Below are positions 18,935 through 27,142 of a stretch of 64,000 nucleotides of DNA, piece after piece. The stretch lies in assembly GCA_964609895.1 (NCBI GenBank), contig CAZSTG010000004.1, positions 16,288 through 80,287 of the forward strand. The letters run 5' to 3'. Source of the stretch: an uncultured Gammaproteobacteria bacterium. Its GTDB lineage: Bacteria > Patescibacteriota > Microgenomatia > UBA10105 > UBA927. A program made the position numbers and the translations under genes. Numbering within the stretch: position 1 is the first letter of the stretch; every line of letters starts with the position of its first letter. The notes beneath the pieces are model-generated. The model was not told the DNA's origin. It did not search any database and worked only from the letters and a program-made list of their open reading frames with translations.

Positions 18935-21079
18935 TTATACTGCTGGCCATGCAGAAATAATCAGCTTGTTGTCATGTTGCCGCGGCAGTTGTCCCCAAAT
19001 ACTTTCAGTCACAAATGGCATAAACGGATGCAACAGTTTCAGTACGGTCAGAAGAATATGACGGTACACGGCAAGAGCTTGTGTGTCTCCTTGTTTGAAC
19101 CGCTCTTTATTCTGTTCCAAATAGTCATCAGCTAGTGTGTGCCATGTAAAATCATAGAGCATCTGCGCCGCATCAGAATATCTGTACGTATCCATATATT
19201 TTGTTGTCGTCTTCACAGTCACTTCAAGTTTTTTTAACATTGCCAGATCACTCTTGTCTACATCTTTATCCATTGTCTTGTCATAAAAGGGAAGGTCTTT
19301 GATGTTCTCGGTATTCATTAAAAAAAGACGCGAAATATTCCAAAGTTTATTGGCAAAATTTCGCATACCTCGAATTTTATCCTCAGAAAGGGATATATCA
19401 TTACCTGCTGCTGCTCCAAACACAAGCGCCATACGCAAGGCATCTGCTCCGTACAAATCTACCATCTTAATGGGATTGACCACATTGCCTTTGCTCTTAC
19501 TCATCTTTTGTCCTTTACTGTCCCGAACCAATCCATGAAGATACACTTTTTTAAACGGCACCTGACCGGTCACATACAACCCTACCATCAGCATACGACA
19601 CACCCACCACGGTAAAATATCGTAGCCCGTTTCCATCACGGAAGTAGGGTAGAAGGTGTCAAAATCAGTGTTATCACTGTTGGCCTTCAGTGTGGCAAAC
19701 GGCCACTGTGCACTGGAAAACCACGTATCAAAAACATCCTCGTCTTGTGTGAGAACTGTGCCTCCACATGTCGGACATTTTTCTGGAACGCTTCCATCTG
19801 TAATAATCCATTCTTTCCCAACATTCGTTTTCGCACATGCCTCACATCGCCACGCAGGAATTCTGATTCCCCATACGATTTGACGGCTGATATTCCAGTC
19901 ATGAAAATCATTCAACCATTGAGTTGCGGTTTTTTCAAACCGTTTCGGCACAAATGACACTTCCTTTTTGGCAATTGCAGTGATTGCCCGATCTGCAAGC
20001 GGTTTAATTTTCACAAACCACTGGGACATGGGGAGCGGCTCGAGTGTCGTTCCGCATTTATAGCAGGTGCCGACGGTATGTACATACCCTTCATCCACAT
20101 GGTCAATAAGTCCTTTTACCTTCAGATCTTCAACAACCTTTGCCCGCGCCGCTTTTATGCGAAGCCCTGCATACGAACCGGTCACGGCAGTCAGTTTTCC
20201 GTCAAATCCGATTACCTGTACAAGCGGAAGATTGTGGCGCTTGCCGATTTCGAAGTCTGTCACATCATGGCTAGGCGTCACTTTCACAACGCCTGTACCA
20301 AATGCGGGATCAACCGCCTCATCGGCAACAACTTTGAGCTTCACTTTACCGATAAGCCCATCAAATTCAATTTCTTTTCCAACATAGTCTTTGTAGCGTT
20401 TATCTGTCGGATGAACGGCAACTGCCGTATCGCCGAATTTCGTTTCAGGACGCACGGTTGCCAGCACAAACGGGCCGTATTTGAGATAGTAGAGTGGGTC
20501 AATCTGCTCCACGTGCTTCACTTCCAAATCAGAAAAACTTGTACCGCATTTGGTGCAGTAATTCACCAACCGTTCTCCGCGATAGATAAGCCCGTCATCA
20601 TGCATTTTCTTAAATGTCTTATACACAATAGCAATGATTGCAGGATCAAGTGGAAATTTAAGTCGCGGCCAATCCAAAGAAAAACCCATCCGACGAAGCT
20701 GTGACTCCATACTGCCACGGTTATTTTGCGCAAAATCCCAAATCGCTTTATAGAGTTCATCCCGCGAATAGTCAAAACGGCTTTTCCCTTGTTTAGCCAA
20801 AAATTTCTCAAAGACATACTGTGTCTCGAATCCCGCGTGATCAAATCCGGGTTGCCATAATGTAACATCACCCTTCATCCGGTGATACCGGATCATAATA
20901 TCCTCAATAGTAAACATCGCGTGTCCCAAATGAAGATCACCGTTGGCATTTGGAAGAGGAAGGATAACACAGAATGGGTCTTTTCCTGTTTTTTTGACCG
21001 GAGCAAAACAATGCTCTTGTTCCCATGAGGAATAGATTGTCTCTTCAAACGATTTTGGAGCGTAGGCTGTATCCATCAC
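18935..21079 (-). CDS. valS: valine--tRNA ligase (compact form)
   Basis: 714 aa. HIGH region PNANGDLHLGHA. KMSKS is present as KMSKSKGN. WNISRQ class-Ia motif. ValRS-type TVRPETKFGDTAVAVHP segment. Confidence 0.65.
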   Translation of the reverse strand: MMDTAYAPKSFEETIYSSWEQEHCFAPVKKTGKDPFCVILPLPNANGDLHLGHAMFTIEDIMIRYHRMKGDVTLWQPGFDHAGFETQYVFEKFLAKQGKSRFDYSRDELYKAIWDFAQNNRGSMESQLRRMGFSLDWPRLKFPLDPAIIAIVYKTFKKMHDDGLIYRGERLVNYCTKCGTSFSDLEVKHVEQIDPLYYLKYGPFVLATVRPETKFGDTAVAVHPTDKRYKDYVGKEIEFDGLIGKVKLKVVADEAVDPAFGTGVVKVTPSHDVTDFEIGKRHNLPLVQVIGFDGKLTAVTGSYAGLRIKAARAKVVEDLKVKGLIDHVDEGYVHTVGTCYKCGTTLEPLPMSQWFVKIKPLADRAITAIAKKEVSFVPKRFEKTATQWLNDFHDWNISRQIVWGIRIPAWRCEACAKTNVGKEWIITDGSVPEKCPTCGGTVLTQDEDVFDTWFSSAQWPFATLKANSDNTDFDTFYPTSVMETGYDILPWWVCRMLMVGLYVTGQVPFKKVYLHGLVRDSKGQKMSKSKGNVVNPIKMVDLYGADALRMALVFGAAAGNDISLSEDKIRGMRNFANKLWNISRLFLMNTENIKDLPFYDKTMDKDVDKSDLAMLKKLEVTVKTTTKYMDTYRYSDAAQMLYDFTWHTLADDYLEQNKERFKQGDTQALAVYRHILLTVLKLLHPFMPFVTESIWGQLPRQHDNKLIISAWPAV

Positions 21080-21101
21080 TCACATATTGTAGCGCGTGGG
21101 G

Positions 21102-21962
21102 TTATAACTCTTCAAGCTTCACGTTCTCGGACTGTTGTCCTTTGATAAGCTCCAGATATTTTTCCGTTGTTGACAACCGTTTATGTCCAACCAGCTTGGA
21201 AAGCGTCATAATCGGAGTACCTGCCATCAGATGATGGGCGATAAACGTGTGACGGAGATCATTGACTTTCGCACCCTCGATACCTGCAATCCTGAAGTAC
21301 CGGTCAATCGCGGTACGGATGTTCCGAATAAGGAGCGGTCTTCCTGTTTTTGTAATAAAGAGCGCATTGCTTTTTGCTTCGCTGTTTCTGATTGCCATAT
21401 ATTTACGAAGCGCTTCAAGAGCTGCTTTATTTAATGGCACCATTCGTTCCTCATGACCTTCCTGACTTGCAATGTGCAGTTCCGTTGCTTTGACATCACT
21501 GAGTGTAAGTGAAGCAAGCTCTCCTATACGAACACCGGTCTGCAAAAACAACTCAACGATTGCATACATCCGGATATCACCCCGACACGCGTCACGAAGA
21601 GCTCGGTATTCCAGCTTAGACAAAATCCGTGGCGGTTTTACATCATATTTCGGGTGTTCCACCTCAAGTGCAGGATCCGAGGCAATCAAATTGGAAATTT
21701 TCAGGAACCGAAAATAGGTTTTAATGGAATTGATTTTTCTCGACACTGACTTTGGGGTATAGCTGTCACTGGTAAGTTTCTTCAGAAATGCATCAATTTC
21801 GTCTTTTGTAATGTCTCCTACGGACTTTTTTTCTGCCGTCTGAAAAAACGTCAACATTTGGTCAATGTCTTTTTTATATGCTACGATGGTAGCACGTGCC
21901 CGCTTTCGGGACAGCAGATATTCAACAAACTGTTCATTTGTAGCCTTAAGATCAACACTCAT
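21102..21962 (-). CDS. tyrosine site-specific recombinase (XerC/XerD-like)
   Basis: 286 aa. Catalytic region with R...HxxR...Y (RHTFIAHHLMAG...TTEKYL). Confidence 0.75.
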   Translation of the reverse strand: MSVDLKATNEQFVEYLLSRKRARATIVAYKKDIDQMLTFFQTAEKKSVGDITKDEIDAFLKKLTSDSYTPKSVSRKINSIKTYFRFLKISNLIASDPALEVEHPKYDVKPPRILSKLEYRALRDACRGDIRMYAIVELFLQTGVRIGELASLTLSDVKATELHIASQEGHEERMVPLNKAALEALRKYMAIRNSEAKSNALFITKTGRPLLIRNIRTAIDRYFRIAGIEGAKVNDLRHTFIAHHLMAGTPIMTLSKLVGHKRLSTTEKYLELIKGQQSENVKLEEL

Positions 21963-22074
21963 ATACTGTATATTTTTGAAGCAGGACTAATAATGAGGCA
22001 ATCGCCTCAGGCAAGATAAAGCCTATAATATCACATATAAACGACAATAACAAGGCATAAAAAATAAATACGCT

Positions 22075-22425
22075 ATGAAGCAAAAACCCATAGTTCGATT
22101 ATTCCCATTTCTGCTGCTCATTAGCCTCATTTTTGGGTGTATTAGCCTCATTTCCTCCATCTCATCCACGATGAAACGACAAAATGCGAGAGAGGAACGG
22201 GAAAAAATCCTATTTTCTTTACAAAAACGAGAGGCTGAGCTTCAAAAAACGCTCGAATTTGCTAAATCTCCAGAATTTATTGAATCTGAGGCACGAACAA
22301 AGCTCAATATGGCTCGTCCAGGGGAAACAATTATCCTTATGGATCAGAGTCGGGGAAACACGGAGATACTGGAAAAAACCGATGCAAAGACCAATTGGAA
22401 AATCTGGTGGGAGTTATTTAACTAA
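22075..22425 (+). CDS. septum formation initiator family protein (FtsB/DivIC-like)
   Basis: 116 aa. N-terminal TM, then a coiled-coil (QKREAELQKTLEFAKSPEFIESEARTKLNMARPGE) typical of FtsB/DivIC. Confidence 0.55.
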   Translation: MKQKPIVRLFPFLLLISLIFGCISLISSISSTMKRQNAREEREKILFSLQKREAELQKTLEFAKSPEFIESEARTKLNMARPGETIILMDQSRGNTEILEKTDAKTNWKIWWELFN

Positions 22426-22430
22426 ACTTG

Positions 22431-22502
22431 TGTCAGCGGCGGGGATCGGACCTGCGACACACGCCTTATGAAGGCGCTGCTCTACCACTGAGCTACGCTG
22501 AC
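22431..22502 (-). tRNA. tRNA-Met (anticodon CAT; elongator vs initiator vs Ile2-lysidine identity not resolvable by eye)
   Basis: Minus-strand read GTCAGCG-TA-GCTC-AGTGGTA-GAGC-A-GCGCC-TTCATAA-GGCGT-GTGTC-GCAGG-TCCGATC-CCCGC-CGCTGAC-A. Perfect 7-bp acceptor stem, U8/A9, 4-bp D-stem, U33 and A37 flanking CAT. One A-C mismatch in the T-stem and a non-canonical T-loop. Confidence 0.7.
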
Positions 22503-22512
22503 AATTGAAGCT

Positions 22513-22541
22513 ATTGTACGGGATTTACCCAGCAAAAACAA
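22513..22541 (-). promoter_or_regulatory. candidate promoter for tRNA-Met (TTGTTT - 17 bp - TACAAT on minus strand)
   Basis: Reverse complement of 22513-22541 gives TTGTTT-ttgctgggtaaatcccg-TACAAT, ending 10 nt upstream of the tRNA 5' end. Confidence 0.35.
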
Positions 22542-22743
22542 CCATTAATACAGAAGAATGTGTGGTCGTGCCGGCAAAAGATTGGTTGCCACACTCTACC
22601 CAGTCGGTTGTAGTGTTTACACCAGTTCCGAAAGGAATGTAGGTTTCTTTCAAAAAAGATGTGGCAGTGTGCCCAACACATTCACCGCCTCGCTATACAA
22701 AATGGTCAAAATCAGGTATACTCAGCTTTGTTCTTTAACGAAC

Positions 22744-22813
22744 CGCGGGGTAGTGTAAAGTTGCACAGAAGGCTCATAATCTTCTAGACCAGGTGCGATT
22801 CCTGGCTCCGCAA
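22744..22813 (+). tRNA. candidate second tRNA with CAT anticodon (non-canonical features)
   Basis: CGCGGGG-TA-GTGT-AAAGTT-GCAC-A-GAAGG-CTCATAA-TCTTC-TAGA-CCAGG-TGCGATT-CCTGG-CTCCGCA-A. Cloverleaf folds with U33/A37, a 4-nt variable loop and a 6-nt D-loop. C1 is opposite A72 (mismatch) and the T-loop TGCGATT lacks the usual TTC. A TATACT -10 element sits about 25 nt upstream. Confidence 0.4.
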
Positions 22814-22829
22814 CAAAGTTGACGACGTA

Positions 22830-22838
22830 TGCTATACT
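22830..22838 (+). promoter_or_regulatory. extended -10 promoter element (TGcTATACT)
   Basis: TG at 22830-22831 and TATACT at 22833-22838. No well-spaced -35. Would drive a short transcript toward tRNA-Trp. Confidence 0.4.
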
Positions 22839-23017
22839 AGTTGCCAAGTGAATAAATGTCACAGGAAGATTGATTGGGATCTTCCTATCGATGAAAATCG
22901 AGACTGAGAAGGCTACCTGCGCATTGAGCGAGGATGTCTGATCCAGAAGCTTACCTGTAAAAATAAAGCGCCATGTGTCGCGTTCCTGCGGAGCATGTAA
23001 TAAGATTTCTTACATGT

Positions 23018-23041
23018 CCCTCGCATAGGCGGGGGATTTTT
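23018..23041 (+). terminator. intrinsic-terminator-like hairpin (CCCTCGC-atag-GCGGGGG followed by ATTTTTGT)
   Basis: 7-bp GC-rich stem with one U-G pair, 4-nt loop and a T-rich tail. Confidence 0.45.
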
Positions 23042-23080
23042 GTAAGCGATGAAACAAGGTGGAACAGCCTTTTTATGTAG

Positions 23081-23129
23081 GCCCTTGTAAGTTACCAAAA
23101 CTATTTTGGTGATTTACAAGGGCTTTTTT
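23081..23129 (+). terminator. strong rho-independent terminator (GCCCTTGTAA ... TTACAAGGGC + TTTTTT)
   Basis: 10-bp perfect stem (23081-23090 / 23114-23123) with internal sub-hairpin, then a T6 run at 23124-23129, ending 8 nt before tRNA-Trp. Confidence 0.6.
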
Positions 23130-23136
23130 CGTTTGT

Positions 23137-23207
23137 AGGGGTGTAGTGAAACGGTATCACGGCAGTCTCCAAAACTGCTATTTCAGGTTCAAATCCTGAC
23201 ACCCCTG
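23137..23207 (+). tRNA. tRNA-Trp (anticodon CCA)
   Basis: AGGGGTG-TA-GTGA-AACGGTA-TCAC-G-GCAGT-CTCCAAA-ACTGC-TATT-TCAGG-TTCAAAT-CCTGA-CACCCCT-G. All stems perfect. Canonical TTCAAAT T-loop. U33 and A37 flank CCA. Confidence 0.85.
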
Positions 23208-23297
23208 CCTATGAATCACTATACACAAACATCGTGGAGGACATACTGGCGAAGCAATTCGTTTGTATTAACCCGTAAAAATTTTGGAAAAGGAACT

Positions 23298-24599
23298 ATG
23301 AAAAAACAAAATAATGAAATACTAGCAAAAACATATTTGAACTTACCGCACTTTTTAAAAAAGTATGGGGTAGGTTTGCCGGATCCGTATTTGCACCCAA
23401 AAACAAAAAAGGTGCTGCAACCTGAAGATCTAGCGCCAATTTTTCCGCGTGAACTCATACGACAGGAAACAACATTGAAAAAATCAGTAGTGATACCGGA
23501 TGAGGTGTATGAGCTGTATAAAACTTACAGACCATCCCCATTATTGCGGCTGCGGCGGCTTGAAAAACGGCTAGGGACGCCTGCGCATATCTATGCAAAA
23601 TATGAAGGCGTCTCGCCTGTGGGAAGCCACAAATTTAATACTGCCTTGGCACAGGCCTATTACAACAAAAAGGAGGGGATAACGACGCTCACAACGGAAA
23701 CGGGTGCAGGACAGTGGGGGTCAGCACTAACACTCGCAACAAGAATGTTTGGGATGAAGTGCATTGTCTTCATGGTGCAGAGTTCGTATGACCAAAAACC
23801 GTACAGAAAAACGGTCATGCATCTCTATGGAGGAGTGGTACATGCAAGTCCGTCGACCAACACCACTTCAGGAAGACAATTTCTTAAAGACTATCCGCAT
23901 ACGAATGGCAGTTTGGGGATGGCGATATCTGAAGCGATTGAAACTGCAGTTTGTGGTAAGAACACAAGATACGCGCTGGGCAGTGCGCTCAATCACGTGA
24001 TGCTGCATCAAACCATCATCGGTCAGGAAGCGAAAAAACAGTTAGAACAGACAGATACATGTCCTGACATAATCATCGGCTGTTGCGGAGGAGGAAGTAA
24101 TTTCGCAGGAATCGCATTTCCTTTTCTTGCGGACAAATTAGCGGGTAAAACGAAAAACACTCGCTTTATCGCAGTTGAACCAACGGCATGTCCGTCGCTC
24201 ACTAAGGGCGAGTACCGCTATGATTATGGTGATACTGCAGGGATGACACCCCTCATGAAAATGTATACCGTCGGCAGCGGATATATACCGTCGCCGATTC
24301 ATGCAGGAGGACTTCGATACCACGGAGTGGCACCACTCGTAAGTTTTTTATATCATAAAAAACTCATCGAAGCTGCCGCATATGGACAGAAAGAAGTATT
24401 TGATGCAGCAAAGCTCTTTATTGAAACCGAAGGCATTATTCCTGCACCGGAATCAGCACACGCGATTAAACATGTGTTAGTTGAAGCGCTACGGGCGAAA
24501 AAAGAAGAGAAAAAGAAAACAATTCTGTTTAATTTGTCGGGACATGGACTGTTGGATCTCGGCGCGTATGAAACATATTTGGAAGGAAAAATGAAATAA
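23298..24599 (+). CDS. trpB2: TrpB2-type tryptophan synthase beta-like PLP enzyme (stand-alone; putative indole + serine -> tryptophan)
   Basis: Start at MKKQNNEIL (RBS aaaaggaact). PLP-lysine motif GSHKFN. Gly-rich loop GCCGGGSNFAGIAF. About 433 aa, the long TrpB2 form. No trpA is adjacent. Confidence 0.65.
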   Translation: MKKQNNEILAKTYLNLPHFLKKYGVGLPDPYLHPKTKKVLQPEDLAPIFPRELIRQETTLKKSVVIPDEVYELYKTYRPSPLLRLRRLEKRLGTPAHIYAKYEGVSPVGSHKFNTALAQAYYNKKEGITTLTTETGAGQWGSALTLATRMFGMKCIVFMVQSSYDQKPYRKTVMHLYGGVVHASPSTNTTSGRQFLKDYPHTNGSLGMAISEAIETAVCGKNTRYALGSALNHVMLHQTIIGQEAKKQLEQTDTCPDIIIGCCGGGSNFAGIAFPFLADKLAGKTKNTRFIAVEPTACPSLTKGEYRYDYGDTAGMTPLMKMYTVGSGYIPSPIHAGGLRYHGVAPLVSFLYHKKLIEAAAYGQKEVFDAAKLFIETEGIIPAPESAHAIKHVLVEALRAKKEEKKKTILFNLSGHGLLDLGAYETYLEGKMK

Positions 24600-24607
24600 G
24601 AAAGAAA

Positions 24608-24632
24608 GCGGGCGGGAACATACCCCGCCCGC
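24608..24632 (+). terminator. GC-rich hairpin (GCGGGCGGG-aacatac-CCCGCCCGC) between trpB2 and trpS; weak U-tract
   Basis: Perfect 9-bp stem. The downstream ATGTATAAATAC is only partly U-rich. Could be an attenuating or processing structure rather than a full terminator. Confidence 0.4.
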
Positions 24633-24674
24633 ATGTATAAATACAAATGATACAATGAAGGAAAGGAACATTAT

Positions 24675-26045
24675 ATGAAACGAATATTGTCAGGCATCAC
24701 ACCAAGCGGGGATGGGACACTCCACATAGGAAACTATCTCGGCGCGGTAAAACAGTTTATTGACATGGCTCGCACTAATGAGTGCTTTCTTTTTGTGGCT
24801 GATTTACACGCACTCACCACTATCCAAAATAAAAATCAGTTACAAAAAAATGTAGAGTCACTCATTCTTAATGAGCTAGCTTTACTGAAAGGATTCTTAA
24901 CACCAGAAGAATTTGAAAGGCTTGTTTTTTACAGACAATCTGACCTTGCAGGAATGCATCCGGAACTGCAAACAATTCTGAACAACATAACACCGCTTGG
25001 CCTGTTAAAACGAGCGCATGCGTACAAAGACAAACTACAAAAAGACATCATGGAAGATGACATCAATGTCGGGTTATTTTGCTACCCGATTCTCATGGCA
25101 TCAGACATTCTGCTCTACAAGCCAGATCTTGTACCAGTTGGGAAAGACCAAAAACAGCATGTGGAAATTGCCAGAGATGTCGCAGAGCGGTTTAACCGCG
25201 TCTACAAAAAACAAATATTCAAACTTCCGGAACCGTTTATTCCGGAATCAGTCGCCACCATTCTTGGCACCGACGGAAAAAGGAAAATGAGCAAGTCCTT
25301 AGGAAATATCATTTCTATTTTTGAGTCCGAAGACACAATCAAAAAACAGGTAATGGCAACATACACCGATCCGACACGGGCTCACGCTACAGACGCTGGA
25401 CATATCGAAGGAAACATGGTGTTTACATACCTCGACTTTTTTGGGAAAAAGGAAAAAGTAGATGAAATGAAAAATGCGTACACGAAGGGGCAAATAGCAG
25501 ATGTTGAAGTCAAACACTATTTATATGATTCTTTGCTGAAATACTTTCAAAACGCACGCGCTGCATATGAAGAGCTTAAAAATAATCAGGGAATGGTCAA
25601 GGAAATTTTGTCAAAAGGAAAAGAAAAAGCTATAGCCGTTGCAGAACAGACAATAAAAGAGGTCAGAGAGACAATCGGACTGCAAAACATCTATTCTCTT
25701 GGGGAAAGCAAAAAAACAGTCATTTCCATCGATGATTTTGCCGCCGTAGATATCAGAGTGGGGAAGGTAGAATCCGCTGAACATGTGGAAAAAAGTGAAA
25801 AACTGATCCGTCTCCACATAAACTTTGGCAATTTAGGAAAGCGGATTATTTTCACTGGCGTCAGACAATATGGATATACGGCCGACAGCTTTATCGGAAA
25901 ACAGTTTTTCTTTATCGTGAATCTTGCCCCACGAAAGATGATGGGTGAAGAATCACAGGGAATGATCATGGCCGCTGATGCGGAGGATGGAAAACCAATA
26001 TTTTTATCAGGCGACAATCTTCCTCTTGGATCAAAAATACGGTAA
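24675..26045 (+). CDS. trpS: tryptophan--tRNA ligase fused to C-terminal Trbp111/EMAP-II-like tRNA-binding (OB-fold) domain
   Basis: HIGH-region equivalent GITPSGDGTLHIGNYLGA and KMSKSLGN. About 330-aa catalytic core. An extra C-terminal tail of about 110 aa (DIRVGKVESAEHVEKSEKLIRLHINFGN...GEESQGMIMAA) resembles the MetRS-C/Trbp111 tRNA-binding fold. Confidence 0.75.
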   Translation: MKRILSGITPSGDGTLHIGNYLGAVKQFIDMARTNECFLFVADLHALTTIQNKNQLQKNVESLILNELALLKGFLTPEEFERLVFYRQSDLAGMHPELQTILNNITPLGLLKRAHAYKDKLQKDIMEDDINVGLFCYPILMASDILLYKPDLVPVGKDQKQHVEIARDVAERFNRVYKKQIFKLPEPFIPESVATILGTDGKRKMSKSLGNIISIFESEDTIKKQVMATYTDPTRAHATDAGHIEGNMVFTYLDFFGKKEKVDEMKNAYTKGQIADVEVKHYLYDSLLKYFQNARAAYEELKNNQGMVKEILSKGKEKAIAVAEQTIKEVRETIGLQNIYSLGESKKTVISIDDFAAVDIRVGKVESAEHVEKSEKLIRLHINFGNLGKRIIFTGVRQYGYTADSFIGKQFFFIVNLAPRKMMGEESQGMIMAADAEDGKPIFLSGDNLPLGSKIR

Positions 26046-26070
26046 ACAGAGGTGAAATAAGAAGATTATT

Positions 26071-27123
26071 CTATATCCTCAACTTCTTTGTCGGATGCGC
26101 GATTGCATGATACAACACACTTACGCAAAGCGTTGCAACAAAAGACAGGAGTAAACGAATGCCATATCCCAGATGAAAAGAAACGCCCACATGCTCCAAA
26201 AAAAACCGTATTATTGGCAGCTGAAACATAATAAATTCAAAACTAATGGCGCCAAGAAACAGAAAAATGTTTTTAGATAACAGCCAAGAAACTGAACCTC
26301 TGGCATAGGCAAAAAGCAACAGACATATACTCACGCTTGGCAGAAAAAACATGCTAAAACGGTATGCATCGGGAACATATTCCGCCAGAAAAATACTCAT
26401 TCCTAGAATACTTATGCTCTCCAGTTCTAGCACGGTTGCTATCCGGCGGGTAAAATGTTTCGTCATTGGATGAGATACAAAAAAAACGTATAACAGCATC
26501 CCTGTTACAAACTCGAATATTTTCGAAAATGGCGATATATATAAAAAATACGCCGCGTGACGCACACCAAAAAAATAGATGATGAAAAATTCTATCATCC
26601 AAAGCAATAAAATTGTTGACCATGAATGAAATCGATAGATGACCCGCAAGAGAAAGGGGAACGCTATCCAGCAAAAAATTAACGAGGATAAACTCCAAGC
26701 AACAGAATTAAAGGAATAGGCATATTGCAGTGAAGGAATATACGATTGCAGTAACAGCAGATTCGCTATCAACATGCTCCAAAATCGTTCTCCATATTCA
26801 TGAACAACAAAAGGAATGGTTATTCCCAACGTTAACAGGTGCAGGGGAAGAATTCGTTTCAGACGTTTGAGGCCATATGTTCCCCAATCAAACGTATGTG
26901 TTTGCAAACGCCACTGATAATTTGCCGTCAGTAAAAAACCGGAAAGAATAAAAAACGCGGTCGTCCCCGCATACCCATATGCAAGAAGCGGCATTTCTAG
27001 CAGATTAATAAAGGGGATCGCGCGAAATAACAGTGTATGATTTAAAAAAATAGCGATAGCTGCAAAAAAACGAATGGAAGTAAGCGGCAGTATACGATGA
27101 AAACTTTTTTCCAACACGCGCAT
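26071..27123 (-). CDS. acyltransferase family 3 (OafA/YrhL-like) integral membrane O-acyltransferase
   Basis: 350 aa with about 10 TM segments. N-terminal LTSIRFFAAIAIFLNH signature. Confidence 0.6.
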   Translation of the reverse strand: MRVLEKSFHRILPLTSIRFFAAIAIFLNHTLLFRAIPFINLLEMPLLAYGYAGTTAFFILSGFLLTANYQWRLQTHTFDWGTYGLKRLKRILPLHLLTLGITIPFVVHEYGERFWSMLIANLLLLQSYIPSLQYAYSFNSVAWSLSSLIFCWIAFPFLLRVIYRFHSWSTILLLWMIEFFIIYFFGVRHAAYFLYISPFSKIFEFVTGMLLYVFFVSHPMTKHFTRRIATVLELESISILGMSIFLAEYVPDAYRFSMFFLPSVSICLLLFAYARGSVSWLLSKNIFLFLGAISFEFIMFQLPIIRFFLEHVGVSFHLGYGIRLLLSFVATLCVSVLYHAIAHPTKKLRI

Positions 27124-27142
27124 AGTTCTTCTTAATCATTTG

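Noticed and set aside
21963-22074. Short GC hairpin GAGGC-aatc-GCCTC upstream of xer/ftsB as a terminator
   Set aside because: It is only a 5-bp stem with no U-tract on either strand. More likely it is an incidental or regulatory hairpin, and the evidence is insufficient to call it a terminator.
22558-22758. 66-aa ORF in the tRNA-rich intergenic island
   Set aside because: It has no RBS, a Cys/Arg-rich low-complexity product, and it overlaps the predicted promoter of the candidate tRNA. I treat it as non-coding.
22814-23136. T-box riboswitch, classical trp attenuator, tmRNA, RNase P RNA, SRP RNA or 6S RNA as identity of the structured intergenic RNA
   Set aside because: There is only a partial T-box-like string (GGTGGAACAGCC), and it does not overlap the terminator 5' strand as a real T-box requires. 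The only small ORF has a single Trp codon and no SD, so it is not a tandem-Trp leader peptide. None of the universal motifs are present: GGAAAGTCC/P4 of RNase P, the ...GCTGCTTAA tag end of tmRNA, or the GGAAGCAGCC region of SRP RNA. Identity is left open.
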